A stretch of DNA of 64,000 nucleotides from Nitrosarchaeum sp. (GTDB lineage: Archaea > Thermoproteota > Nitrososphaeria > Nitrososphaerales > Nitrosopumilaceae). The position numbers were made by a program, and so were the translations under genes. The notes below the pieces were generated by a model. It searched no databases. It saw nothing but the letters and a program-made list of their open reading frames with translations, and was not told the origin of the DNA. Every line of letters begins with the position of its first letter. Position 1 is the stretch's first letter. Location: positions 1,504,001-1,568,000 of the forward strand of contig OZ245020.1 in the NCBI GenBank assembly GCA_965223865.1, given 5' to 3'. Shown here one piece after another: positions 20,129 through 30,369 of the stretch.

Positions 20129-20446
20129 ATGGCAAAAGTAAACTCTAGCATGAGATCTATAAAAAAGAATTCAAGAACATATTCAGATTCTTCTAAAATC
20201 AAATGTCCTACATGTGGCTGTGATTCGATTTTCAATATTGATGGGGCAACATCTGGTTTTTTGTATAATTATAATTATGAATTCAAGGGCTATGGAAATT
20301 ATTCTTTTAGTCAAGAAATTATCAAAGTTCAAAAATGCCCTACATGTGACAAATTGAGATTATTCACACCGGATGGTCCTTTATCTCATTCAAAGTTCAT
20401 AGAAATAAAAAAGAAAGTAGAAAAAATAATATCAGAATACAAATAA
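20129..20446 (+). CDS. zinc-ribbon hypothetical protein
   Basis: CPTCG...CPTCD. Confidence 0.65.
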   Translation: MAKVNSSMRSIKKNSRTYSDSSKIKCPTCGCDSIFNIDGATSGFLYNYNYEFKGYGNYSFSQEIIKVQKCPTCDKLRLFTPDGPLSHSKFIEIKKKVEKIISEYK

Positions 20447-20482
20447 TTTCTAATTTAGATAATATTTTGGTAAAATATCAAT

Positions 20483-21904
20483 TCAAATTTTTGTAAATGT
20501 GATTTGAAACCCATCTGGGGTATTACCTGAAAATTGAGTATACGAATGATTCTGTACGGTTATTACATAATTCCATGGAAGTGATCCATTTAACATTCCT
20601 TGTAATCGTAGAATCTTGTTTTGTTGATCAAATTGCCAATATCCGTTTATAATTGATCTTTGATTTAATGCCTGCTCAAGCAAATCAACATAAAATTCAC
20701 CTGCCGGACTAAATTGTACTTGTCCTACACTACCAGTTAAATTATTGATAGAGAAATTCCAACTTCCAATTGGACTAAAGACAGTGGGAGTGGGCGTAGG
20801 TTCAAATTTGTTAATTTGAGAAGGTTCAGATGTCTGTGAATCTTTAATTTTTGATATGTTATCTGCGATTTCTTCTTCTAATTTACCTCCAAATTTTTCT
20901 AACAACCCTCTTAATGTTATGCTGGGAGTTTTATTGACATCTGTTTTTCGTTTTTTGGTTTCTTGTTTGGGTGCTAATTGTTGTTTGTTCATTTGCTTTT
21001 GAACTAATTCTTCTATAATCGATTTTACTGAAGATTTATCAATCTTATTTCCCATTTGTTCCTCAACTACTTTTTTGACTATCTTTTCAATAGTATCAGA
21101 ATCAACAGCATTTCCTTGGTTTGGTTTTGCTAAACTGGGATATTCGGCAAGAAAGATATCCCCACTTCCGTCAACTTTTCTTGTAGGTCTTTGATCTTGT
21201 GAGAAATCCAGCATTTTTTCATACACATAATTTCCCAAAGAATGTGGTGTGACATAACCGTCTTTATCAACTGCCGATGAATTAGAACCATTCAAACCAT
21301 TATTGATGTGATAAGTAAAGACACTATAGGAGTTATCTTTTTTTGCAAACGACTCTTGAGAGCCAAGAGATGAGGCCAACACATAACGCCCTTCACCTTC
21401 TTGCTTGAAACTATCTTCAATCTTTCTTTTTCCAATCAGTGCCTTAGATTTTTCATCTCCTTTGCTTGGAACATCTAGCGCACCACTATAGCAGCAATCA
21501 ATGATTTTTACTATCTTTGTGGAGTTACTATTCCGGGATATTTTTGAAAGATCATCATAACTATAGCCTTCAAGATCTGGTTTATCAGCCCTTGTTTCAG
21601 AGGTTACAAAATAGTAATCATTTCGTCCATGGGGGACCCCATGTCCTGAATAATATAACAATAATGTATCATTAGAATTTACATCATCTCCTCTAAAAAA
21701 TTTCTTGATAGCTTTTGTCATTTCGTAATGATCTATTCGTCCTATTAGCTTTCTTTCAGGTGGAATTTCAAATCCTATTTTTTTGAGAGTTTTAAACATT
21801 AATTCACCATCATTTTTTACAAAATCTAAATTTGGAAAGTGATCGTATTTACTAATTGCAACTATCATAGCTTTTTTTCTGTCTTGCTTTTCTGTTTTAG
21901 ACAT
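20483..21904 (-). CDS. caspase-like protease (peptidase C14) with C-terminal beta-barrel domain
   Basis: LLYYSGHG and IIDCCYSG catalytic dyad; helical linker; beta-rich C-terminus starting PIGSW. Confidence 0.9.
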   Translation of the reverse strand: MSKTEKQDRKKAMIVAISKYDHFPNLDFVKNDGELMFKTLKKIGFEIPPERKLIGRIDHYEMTKAIKKFFRGDDVNSNDTLLLYYSGHGVPHGRNDYYFVTSETRADKPDLEGYSYDDLSKISRNSNSTKIVKIIDCCYSGALDVPSKGDEKSKALIGKRKIEDSFKQEGEGRYVLASSLGSQESFAKKDNSYSVFTYHINNGLNGSNSSAVDKDGYVTPHSLGNYVYEKMLDFSQDQRPTRKVDGSGDIFLAEYPSLAKPNQGNAVDSDTIEKIVKKVVEEQMGNKIDKSSVKSIIEELVQKQMNKQQLAPKQETKKRKTDVNKTPSITLRGLLEKFGGKLEEEIADNISKIKDSQTSEPSQINKFEPTPTPTVFSPIGSWNFSINNLTGSVGQVQFSPAGEFYVDLLEQALNQRSIINGYWQFDQQNKILRLQGMLNGSLPWNYVITVQNHSYTQFSGNTPDGFQITFTKI

Positions 21905-22022
21905 TATCTAGATCATGTTTGTTTTATCAAGAATTAATTATTTTCCAAAAAAATTCAAAATCATCATTTATGAGAGAACAAGTAAATGCTGACTTTTAAT
22001 AGTTTGATTTGGAGTCTATACT

Positions 22023-22289
22023 ATGTCTGAAGAGAACAAAGTGGAATTACTCTTCTCCAAAGAAGGAATACCCACAGACACAGGATACCAAAGTAAAGGT
22101 CTCATGGAAAATAAGTTTAAGGGATTTTCCACATCTGTTGATAAAATAATTCAGCGATTTGACAAATATCAAGTTGAATCTATAGAATTATGGATACAAG
22201 CTGCTGCAGAAACAGATGGAATCCTCAAACTTCTAGTTAGTGCCAAAGGTGAAGGAGGAATGAAAATTACTTTAACCCCAAAAAATTAG
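22023..22289 (+). CDS. Pepco/Trypco-like peptidase-associated small protein
   Basis: 88 aa: helix followed by VESIELWIQAAAETDG...SAKGEGGMKITLTP amphipathic beta-hairpin; divergent from the caspase. Confidence 0.65.
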   Translation: MSEENKVELLFSKEGIPTDTGYQSKGLMENKFKGFSTSVDKIIQRFDKYQVESIELWIQAAAETDGILKLLVSAKGEGGMKITLTPKN

Positions 22290-22364
22290 ATCAAATCTTT
22301 ATTTTTTTATTTTTCTATTAAGATATAATCACGTAAACAATATTCATTAATTTTGTTACCATAA

Positions 22365-22520
22365 CTATTCCCAGAATCTCTGGCAGTTAGCAATGCACCA
22401 AGAATAATCAGACTCCTCATTTGAATCACCCATACACTTTCCGCCTTTTTCTTTTAAATGGGATTCTAACTTGTGTTCACAGTTTTTACAAATGTTTTCT
22501 ACGGGTTTAAATTCAGACAT
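22365..22520 (-). CDS. Cys/His microprotein (51 aa)
   Basis: Manual translation MSEFKPVENICKNCEHKLESH...KCMG...WCIANCQRFWE*. Confidence 0.6.
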   Translation of the reverse strand: MSEFKPVENICKNCEHKLESHLKEKGGKCMGDSNEESDYSWCIANCQRFWE

Positions 22521-22632
22521 AACATTTACTCAGAAACACATTCTAATAAATTTAAAAAAAATTAGAGAATATAATCTCAAAAATTGATTAAAAAATTTAC
22601 AATCTATAATTTAAAATTAATCAAATTTTCAC

Positions 22633-22863
22633 TTACCCTACTTTCTCACTGTAATGATACCTTAGAATATTTTTCATCAAAGGATAGTAAATCTCATTGG
22701 ATTTGTGAGATGATTTGCTGTGAGATAATAGCTTTTCACAGTACTGTCTCTCCTCTGCAGTTAACTGCGATGAATGCAGATAGTTTTTCTTTGCAGCCAA
22801 ATCATACAAGAATGAATAGTATTCTTGGAGTATCTCTTTTTCTTTTACTTCTAATAGACTCAT
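22633..22863 (-). CDS. hypothetical protein
   Basis: 76-aa ORF with ATG start. Confidence 0.55.
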   Translation of the reverse strand: MSLLEVKEKEILQEYYSFLYDLAAKKNYLHSSQLTAEERQYCEKLLSHSKSSHKSNEIYYPLMKNILRYHYSEKVG

Positions 22864-22929
22864 TTGTATTTCAAAAGTGTCATTGCAGACAAATTATTTA
22901 GGACGTATCTTACTTTTTGATTATTCTAG

Positions 22930-22975
22930 GTTCAAGATTTGAATTTTTTTAACTAGTTTAGTTCAATTTTTGAAC
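22930..22975. promoter_or_regulatory. pair of 15-bp palindromic boxes upstream of the Lrp gene
   Basis: GTTCAagattTGAAT (22930) and GTTCAattttTGAAC (22961), 31 bp apart. Confidence 0.6.
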
Positions 22976-23012
22976 ATCTGTGGGTATCTTTGCAATATGA
23001 GACTGAATAAAC

Positions 23013-23618
23013 ATGACTATGGCACAAACACTTTCCAAAAATAACATCATAATTGATGATATTGACAGACAAATTCTAAACTTGTTGATTTCAAATGCAA
23101 GAGATTCAACTAGAACTATTGTAAAGAAACTAGCAGGCATGGGAGTAAACATGTCTGAACGAGGCATAGGTAAGAGAATAGCACGACTAGAAAAACTAGG
23201 CATAATTCATGGCTATACCACAATGGTTGATCTCAATCAGGTAAACATGCCAATTTTGAGACTAGTTACTGTGAAATTTACATCTCCAAAAGACTTTGTA
23301 ACCAGACTAGAAGAGATGAAAGAGTATCTAAATGACGCACCATACTGTGACTTTTCAGCAAGAACAAATGGGAATATTGACTGGATTGAGCTGAAATTTT
23401 TCAACAATCACGAGCAGGCAAAACAAGAAGAGGATTTGTATCGAGCATGGTTTGGAGATATCATAGAAGATTACAGATCATATGACCTTGACATCCATAA
23501 AATGGGATGGCAGTTATTTGATGAGGATGATTTTAATCGGTTTATCCAAAATATGTGTAAAAGGGAAGGCTCAGAAACCTGTCCAAACATTAAACTCCAA
23601 ACTAGGAAAAAACACTAG
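23013..23618 (+). CDS. full-length Lrp/AsnC transcriptional regulator
   Basis: IDDIDRQIL...NAR...RIARLEKLGIIHGY HTH plus RAM domain. Confidence 0.88.
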   Translation: MTMAQTLSKNNIIIDDIDRQILNLLISNARDSTRTIVKKLAGMGVNMSERGIGKRIARLEKLGIIHGYTTMVDLNQVNMPILRLVTVKFTSPKDFVTRLEEMKEYLNDAPYCDFSARTNGNIDWIELKFFNNHEQAKQEEDLYRAWFGDIIEDYRSYDLDIHKMGWQLFDEDDFNRFIQNMCKREGSETCPNIKLQTRKKH

Positions 23619-23630
23619 ATAGGCACACAA

Positions 23631-23675
23631 ATTCATTTTCTGAACTGCTCTAAGAGCTCAATTCAGTTTCTGAAT
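23631..23675. promoter_or_regulatory. second pair of the same 15-bp boxes
   Basis: ATTCAttttcTGAAC (23631) and ATTCAgtttcTGAAT (23661), 30 bp apart. Confidence 0.6.
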
Positions 23676-23740
23676 AAAATGATACGATATAGTTTGCTCC
23701 ATTTCAAGTAGTTTGACAGCTACATATCATTTGAGAAAAC

Positions 23741-23959
23741 ATGAGTACCTATGATATACAACAAGTCTCTGAGAATACAAAGACAAAACTCGGAGTAATC
23801 GGTCTAGTTGCCTTACCGATAGTTGCAGCAATGTATTCCTCTGGAAGCATGGCCCTAGAACAAGTACCTCAAACACTCACAAGCGGAGTATTTCCAATTG
23901 GGTTTACCTTGTTCTCATGGGGTATTGCTGTGAAATTGGCAACAAAGTTGAGAAAGTAA
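23741..23959 (+). CDS. small two-TM membrane protein
   Basis: 72 aa with two hydrophobic segments, followed by a T-tract. Confidence 0.7.
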   Translation: MSTYDIQQVSENTKTKLGVIGLVALPIVAAMYSSGSMALEQVPQTLTSGVFPIGFTLFSWGIAVKLATKLRK

Positions 23960-24024
23960 TTACTTTTTCAATTTTTTTGTGATTAATTGTTGTGTTAATT
24001 GTCTGGAAATTATAAACAGGGATT

Positions 24025-24438
24025 TCATCCCAGATAAACTTTTTTTGGGGTATAATTAGGATCGTCTGAATATTTTTTTATAAGTTTTATAACATCGTCA
24101 ACAATTTCATGAGGTTCTAGCTCTGGTTCAGTATTTACCATGAGAAGGGCTTTAGAAGAACATGGAATTGTAAGGCGATTAATTTTACCATATTTTGTTA
24201 TTGAATACACAGGCTCTCCTACGACAGATGAATCCTGTTGGCGAGTTTTCCATCTCATGTATGAATGAATGAATGTATCTTGGGTTTTTTCTTTGTCAAA
24301 TAGTCGTGTAACCCCTTTTTGCACTTTTTCAAACAATTGCACATTTCCTGTATAATATACGCCAGAATATCTAATCTTAGAGTCTAGTTTTAGAATATCG
24401 TTATTAAGGCTGTTATAATCCACGTATGTTATTATCAT
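24025..24438 (-). CDS. roadblock/profilin-like small protein (DUF6659-like)
   Basis: ILKLDSKIRYSGV...GEPVYSITKY.K...TIP pattern shared with 28904 and 61888. Confidence 0.75.
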   Translation of the reverse strand: MIITYVDYNSLNNDILKLDSKIRYSGVYYTGNVQLFEKVQKGVTRLFDKEKTQDTFIHSYMRWKTRQQDSSVVGEPVYSITKYGKINRLTIPCSSKALLMVNTEPELEPHEIVDDVIKLIKKYSDDPNYTPKKVYLG

Positions 24439-24506
24439 AACTAGTAATTTAATTTTTTTATATAAAACGAAAATTTTTAAAAAATCAAATGATGATTTTA
24501 GAATAA

Positions 24507-25127
24507 ATGTTTAATCAAAAAATCCTTAGTGTAATTGATGAACTTCAAAAAAGATCAGATTATGAGGAAGAGCATAAGGAAGAATTATTAGAAAAAAACA
24601 GAATGCTGGCAATAACTCGTAATACCGGAGAATTTTATCATTTATTATTAAAGAGTATATCTGCAAAAAGAATTTTAGAGATAGGACTTTCACATGGATA
24701 CTCTACGCTTTGGTTTGCAGATGCTATTTTATCAGAAACCCCTTCAAAGTCTAGAATTGTCACTGTAGAAAATGATAGTTCTAAGATAAAATTCGCACAA
24801 GAGAATTTTAGGAGAACAGGAATAGAAAATGTTGTAATCATAAAACAAGGAGATGCAATTGAGATTCTAAATGAAATGTTAGAAGAATTTAAAACCACAC
24901 AAAAACCTTTTTTTGACTTTGTATTCCTTGATGCAGATAAAAAAAACAGTATAAAATATTTTGAAATGTGCCTACCCATGCTTAGAAAAAATGGCATAAT
25001 TGCAGCTGATAACGTTTTAGATATGAAAGAAATGGAGGAATATGCCAAGTATGTAAAAAATAGATCAGATATTCAAACGGTTACTTTGCCTATTGGATGG
25101 GGGCAAGAAGTCTCAATCAAATTATAG
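24507..25127 (+). CDS. O-methyltransferase
   Basis: ILEIGLSHGYS, FDFVFLDADK, ADNV. Confidence 0.9.
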   Translation: MFNQKILSVIDELQKRSDYEEEHKEELLEKNRMLAITRNTGEFYHLLLKSISAKRILEIGLSHGYSTLWFADAILSETPSKSRIVTVENDSSKIKFAQENFRRTGIENVVIIKQGDAIEILNEMLEEFKTTQKPFFDFVFLDADKKNSIKYFEMCLPMLRKNGIIAADNVLDMKEMEEYAKYVKNRSDIQTVTLPIGWGQEVSIKL

Positions 25128-25348
25128 TAAGAAGAGTTTGAAGGAATTCTTAGATTACAATCATAATAAAAGGGTAAGACATATTGAAAACACCATTCTC
25201 ATAATCTAAATATTTGTAAAAAGTAGTTCATAAAAATAGGAAAATTGAAAAAAAATGCTATTGGTGATAGAAGTAAAAGAAGAGTAAAATCAGATTCAGA
25301 ATTTAAAAAATATTTAAGATGGAATAATGGTTGTGAGAATCTTCAGAT

Positions 25349-26197
25349 ATGAATTTTGGTCTTAAACTTGCAATTGGGGTAATTGTAATGATTGTAGTAA
25401 TGGGATTAGGAGCAACAATATTTTCTCCATCAAATGAATATCTATTTGGAGAGGGAGCTGATTCATTAAATCCAGATCCATATCTGATGCACATAGACAA
25501 AGCCAAAGATGCAAAGTCTTGTGATGATGTATCTTGCAAAATTGATGCCATAGATCATTATAAAATGGCATTAGAGATAAACCCGGAGGGAAGAGCAGCA
25601 TTAGATGGGATTATAATTGAATTAATCAATTTGCATAAATTTAATGAAGCATATCAATACTATCAAAAATTAACTAAATTATATCCAGAAAGAAATTTTG
25701 TTGAAATCATCCATGCACCGTCTATGTTCTTAGGTTTGAAGCAATATGAAAATGCGCTAAGTAGTTCTAATGCATATTTAGAAAGAATAGAGGATAAAAA
25801 ATTAGAATTTGCATCTCAATATGCATTAGCATTAAGAGATAAAGCAAGAGCATTAATCGGTTTAGAACAATTTGATGAGGCTATTACAGTAATTGAGGAA
25901 TCCTATGAATTGGATCCATCTGGAAATACTCTAGTATACAAGGGAATAGTTCTGTCTCAGCTAGGAAAATATCAAGAATCACTTGAAATCTTTGAGAAAA
26001 GCAAAACAAATCATGATGGCAATTTCTTATTGCCCTTGCAAAAAGGGATTACCATGTGGAAACTAGATAGACATGATGAAGCCAAGGAAATATTAGAAAA
26101 TATTGAATCAAAGAATTCAGAATCCCATAAATTTATGGATTATGAAATAAATGATGCAAAAGAGGAGTTGAGAAGCCTAGTCAACGAACTAGAGTAA
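25349..26197 (+). CDS. membrane-anchored TPR protein
   Basis: N-terminal TM helix; repeated (K)G..L..L..Y.EA motifs. Confidence 0.82.
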   Translation: MNFGLKLAIGVIVMIVVMGLGATIFSPSNEYLFGEGADSLNPDPYLMHIDKAKDAKSCDDVSCKIDAIDHYKMALEINPEGRAALDGIIIELINLHKFNEAYQYYQKLTKLYPERNFVEIIHAPSMFLGLKQYENALSSSNAYLERIEDKKLEFASQYALALRDKARALIGLEQFDEAITVIEESYELDPSGNTLVYKGIVLSQLGKYQESLEIFEKSKTNHDGNFLLPLQKGITMWKLDRHDEAKEILENIESKNSESHKFMDYEINDAKEELRSLVNELE

Positions 26198-26347
26198 CGA
26201 CAATCTTAGAATTATTAGATTCTATTCAAAGAGAAAAGATAACAAATGAGTTGAATCAATATTGAGGAAAAATGGTTGGCAGAAAAAAAGCATACTCAGT
26301 ATTGGAAGTGTCAAAGTGATGTTTGACCATGTACATCACATAAGAGA

Positions 26348-26390
26348 ATAGATAAATCAATACGATATAGATAAATCAATACGATATAGA
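26348..26390. repeat. 19-bp tandem duplication
   Basis: ATAGATAAATCAATACGAT x2 plus ATAGA. Confidence 0.85.
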
Positions 26391-26441
26391 ATTACTCCTA
26401 ATAATTGAGAATCTTATTCATACGTTAAATAGGAAAATCTT

Positions 26442-27266
26442 GTGGATTTAACATTGCAAATCGCAGATATTGAATTAAAACAATTATTTCCTATATCATT
26501 AACGACTACTCCTGCTGTTAGTATACGCAAAGAAAACAAAATGTGGGTAGCTACAGGAATGCTTGTTCATTATCTAGAATCATTTACTGATTCTCTTGTT
26601 GTGACAGATCAGCAAGAAGAACCAATAGGAGTTTTAGGAGGATTTGAAATAATAAAAAATGTTTTTGAAAATCCGACTTCGGAATTTTTTGACGAAAAAA
26701 ATGTCAGTGACGTTATGGATGAGGAAATAGTCAGAGTATTTTCAGACACAACTCTTCGAGAATTGTTAGAGATATGGCAGAAAACACGTAGGGCATTTTG
26801 TATTTTGCCAAATTATATTGGTGGATATTCAGCGATTTCTGCAAGAAAGTTATTAGAAGTTGGTGCAAACTGCAAAACAGATCTTACAATTTCTGATCTT
26901 CCATCAAAAGAAACCATATCATTTGACTATGGAAATACAATGGGCGAGATCATAAATTCGATGATTATGAATCGTACACGAAAATTATTGCTCAAAAATT
27001 CATCTGCTTTTATTAGTGACAGAGTGATTATCCAAACAATTGCTCAAGAGTTAAACTATCTTCGTAATACTGAAAACTTTTTAGATCTAAAATTTGAAGA
27101 ATCATTTAAAGTTGAAGATATTAAATGTGTCTCAGAGGATCTCAATTTTGCGGAACTATCAAAACTAATGTTCAGTATGATGCATCCTTATGTAATTCAC
27201 AAAGATCAAGTTTATACTCCTTGGGATGTTTGCATGACATTATTATCTGATAAAGTAAATTTTTGA
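26442..27266 (+). CDS. CBS-domain protein (probable start TTG 26454)
   Basis: Paralog of 38593 (TGMLxHYLESFTDSLVV ... TPWD). Confidence 0.8.
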   Translation: MDLTLQIADIELKQLFPISLTTTPAVSIRKENKMWVATGMLVHYLESFTDSLVVTDQQEEPIGVLGGFEIIKNVFENPTSEFFDEKNVSDVMDEEIVRVFSDTTLRELLEIWQKTRRAFCILPNYIGGYSAISARKLLEVGANCKTDLTISDLPSKETISFDYGNTMGEIINSMIMNRTRKLLLKNSSAFISDRVIIQTIAQELNYLRNTENFLDLKFEESFKVEDIKCVSEDLNFAELSKLMFSMMHPYVIHKDQVYTPWDVCMTLLSDKVNF

Positions 27267-27551
27267 TAAAATTACTTTAGAATTTTTTGATTACATTTAG
27301 GAGAATAGAAACTAATCATCCATGTCTTTAAGGATGAAAATATTAGGACGTCAGATAAGAGAATATCCAAATCAGTTTAACACCTAATCCTCAGATTCTA
27401 CTCAATTTAGTTTGGTTTAGAACAAAGATCAGGAAGTATGAATGATGTTCTCTACTATTCCGTATATGTACCAAGAATATTAAAACCGGATTTTGGTTGG
27501 TTTGGAGAGTTTATCATGATAGGAGTGATATTGTTGATTTGACGGAGATTC

Positions 27552-28118
27552 TTAAGATGGTGCGTCTTGTTCAGAAAATAAGTTCTCACATCCATGTTTT
27601 TGTGCCCATGATGAATTAGAAAATTCACTGGAACCACAAAATCGATTACTAAGGTATCCTAGCTTTGCGTCAAGCAATTCTTTGTTTAGAATCATATCAT
27701 TACAGTGAACAACACCAATAAGTTTGCTGGGTCCTTCAGGAGGTTGCCCATCATCTTCATCAACCAGGGCTTTAGAGCCAACGGGACAAATAGTTTCAAT
27801 AAAATTTTTTGAATCTATTCCATCATATCCCTTTAGTGTAGGTGCAGATGCTAATGCAAATCGTATAGATTTATCATCCACATGAATGGTATTTCCATCA
27901 ACTATTTTGGTTACTGTTCCAATGAAGCATCGGGCATTTCCTGAACATTCTTGAAGAGAATATTGAGAAGTCTGAATTTCTAGGGGTTCAGCAGAGATAG
28001 GGATTGAATGTTCTTGCGTATTCTTATCAGAAGAGCGAGATTCAGGATCAGAAGTTGAAATGATAAAAATAAGTCCTATTATAGGAATTATTGCCAATCC
28101 AATCAATTTTTTGTTCAT
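27552..28118 (-). CDS. membrane-anchored thermonuclease (SNase)-like protein with degenerate active site
   Basis: GTVTKIVDGNTI...IRFA...NKELLDAKLG. Confidence 0.78.
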   Translation of the reverse strand: MNKKLIGLAIIPIIGLIFIISTSDPESRSSDKNTQEHSIPISAEPLEIQTSQYSLQECSGNARCFIGTVTKIVDGNTIHVDDKSIRFALASAPTLKGYDGIDSKNFIETICPVGSKALVDEDDGQPPEGPSKLIGVVHCNDMILNKELLDAKLGYLSNRFCGSSEFSNSSWAQKHGCENLFSEQDAPS

Positions 28119-28203
28119 AATATTTTTTACTTTTATGTGGTTAATTTTATTTTTTTTCTTTTATGTTGGATAATTCTTTGATTTCTTTTTAAGAATATGT
28201 CAT

Positions 28204-28344
28204 GTAAGAGCATAAGGTTGATGTTATGAGCCCTTCTGTTAATAATTTTAGGAATTCAAAATATGGTTTTTTTATTTACTAATACAATTACAGTTTGAAA
28301 AAGTTTTTTAATTTTTTCTTGGTTCAAATTTGGGTGGGAGCACA
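28204..28344 (+). mobile_element. integrative-element end remnant with att-like tRNA-Glu 3' fragment
   Basis: About 110 bp homologous to 53993-54106, followed by GGTTCAAATTTGGGTGGGAGCAC. Confidence 0.55.
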
Positions 28345-28463
28345 TTGTGCTGGGAATATGGTCAGTGATTTAATTTTAGAACCACAATTTAGTTCTAATT
28401 CACACAGATGATCATCCTTACATTCTTCAAAAAGTTTAGATATTTTGTTAAAGATGTGGGAAT

Positions 28464-28613
28464 ATGGGTATTGAAGCTAGAACTGTTGAAGAAATCGAAA
28501 CTGAAATTCAGCAGTGTATAAAAAAAATGCATGACAGTATCAATGACAAAGAGAAATTAGCATTTTGGGAAGGAAAACTTGCTGCACTGAGATGGGTTCG
28601 TGGAAGAGATTAG
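28464..28613 (+). CDS. small helical protein (49 aa)
   Basis: Manual translation MGIEARTVEEIETEIQ...FWEGKLAALRWVRGRD*. Confidence 0.55.
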   Translation: MGIEARTVEEIETEIQQCIKKMHDSINDKEKLAFWEGKLAALRWVRGRD

Positions 28614-28903
28614 TTTGAATAATAGCTAGCCATACTGTCTTTTATTTCTGATTTCTAAGTGGTTCTCTTGGTTGAATCCCATTCAATCTTTCCACTCATA
28701 TCAAATTCTTCATTACGAGGGGTCTCACATAATACTATCAAAACCAGTGTTCAGGCATAATGAGCAATTCAACATAAGTCATCCAGCAGGACAGTCTTTC
28801 TTCCAAATTAGAAAAAGCATTTCAATCCTTCTGACACTCATGTTAGACATATTTACAATAATGCAAAGGTGTGGCACAAATCAATTTTCATCATATCAAA
28901 AAG

Positions 28904-29272
28904 TCAGTTGTCATCACAAATATTTTTGATTAAATTTAGTATTTCAGAGATAATGTGCTGATGATTATTTTCAATATTGGTATGCACCATTAGTAGGTAC
29001 TTATCATTGATAGGAAATGATATTCTTTTCATCTTTTCGTATTCACCCATAGAATACTTGGTTTTTCCAATTCTATGTTCAATATTTTTTCGTGTGTCCC
29101 ATCTCTGTACGGCATAAAAGTGCACCATCTTTAATTCATCATCTGCGAGTATTGGAGTCATCTCTTTTCTATATCTTCCAAACATCTTCTCGCCACTCTT
29201 GCTCAAAATTACAGCATAGTGAATTGATTTGTCTAAATCCATTATTTGATCATAAAACTTTTCAAAATCCAC
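28904..29272 (-). CDS. roadblock/profilin-like small protein (DUF6659-like)
   Basis: IMDLDKSIHYAVI...IGKTKYSMGEYEKMKRISFP. Confidence 0.8.
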   Translation of the reverse strand: MDFEKFYDQIMDLDKSIHYAVILSKSGEKMFGRYRKEMTPILADDELKMVHFYAVQRWDTRKNIEHRIGKTKYSMGEYEKMKRISFPINDKYLLMVHTNIENNHQHIISEILNLIKNICDDN

Positions 29273-29517
29273 AGATTAGTTCATTTGTACTTGTTAAAAT
29301 AGGATCTTGTTTCAATTATTTATTATTTAAGAAGAAGGTATCTAATGAAATGAGGCACACATCAAATACACATTCTATAATACCAAGAATACTCTAGCAT
29401 CTCAGCTTTCTTCCAAGCCCAAATCTCATTATTGACATATTTTATGGGTGTGATCTCTTTATGCTTAAGAATATTTTTCTGACTCACTTCATCTTGATAG
29501 AAATTATTTTTAAAAAA

Positions 29518-29736
29518 TCAATATGTTAAAACAAACTGGTTTTCTAACACCTTTCTTATGGTTTCAAGATACTGTTTTCTAGTTCCCGATACTAATTTCC
29601 ATCGAGTTTGCATTTCTTGCTCAAGTGTTTCAGAGATTTCAGCAAATTCTTTTCCCGAGTCTAATTCCTCTTTTGCAATCTCCACTAATAATTGGATTTT
29701 TAGTTTTCTTCTCCAAGCATGAGAATTTTCATACAT
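29518..29736 (-). CDS. small helical hypothetical protein
   Basis: 72-aa ORF with ATG start. Confidence 0.65.
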   Translation of the reverse strand: MYENSHAWRRKLKIQLLVEIAKEELDSGKEFAEISETLEQEMQTRWKLVSGTRKQYLETIRKVLENQFVLTY

Positions 29737-30369
29737 ATTGCTATTTCTGTACTAGTATGCACTAAATAAATTACTGTGTATTTTTACAATCAAAATTATC
29801 AATTAATAGAAAGAATAAAGAGCAACATATCTATCGCATACATACCACAATTGTAAATCAATAAAACATATTCAACCTGAGCAACTGTGGCGTTGAAACT
29901 CCATTATAGAGAGTTTTTTTTGACACATCAACAAAAATTATGGATGATTTATCAGTTCTACGCAGTACTATTAATTAAAAATCACATACACATAATATGA
30001 AATCAAAAATACATGATGAAGAGTCGATAACAATAACTGGTTTGTTAGATGTGCTAACATCTGTTTGGAATGAAGAAAGATAAATTGGGTTGACATCCCT
30101 CAACAATCAATTCTTCTTCATGCTTAAAGTCAAATAAAATAATGGACTTTGTTCTCTAGATTTCTTTCAAATTACCCAGATGACTTGTGTGGGTGGTTAG
30201 AATTTTGAGTTTATTGGATAAGGATTATAAAAAAATCAAAGACAATCCATACATAAGAATAGTCTGGTAGAAGAAGATAATTTCGGTATTTACAATTCTT
30301 GTATCTACTAGTATTCTAATATGAGAAACGACATGAAGTTTATCTATTTCAGTAGAAAATTTGTAAATC

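Noticed and set aside
26348-26390. Possible CRISPR repeat
   Set aside because: Only two abutting 19-bp copies with no spacer and no cas genes; a simple tandem duplication
28321-28344. Functional tRNA genes here and at 54123
   Set aside because: Only the T-loop and 3' acceptor strand are present; no D arm, anticodon arm or 5' strand
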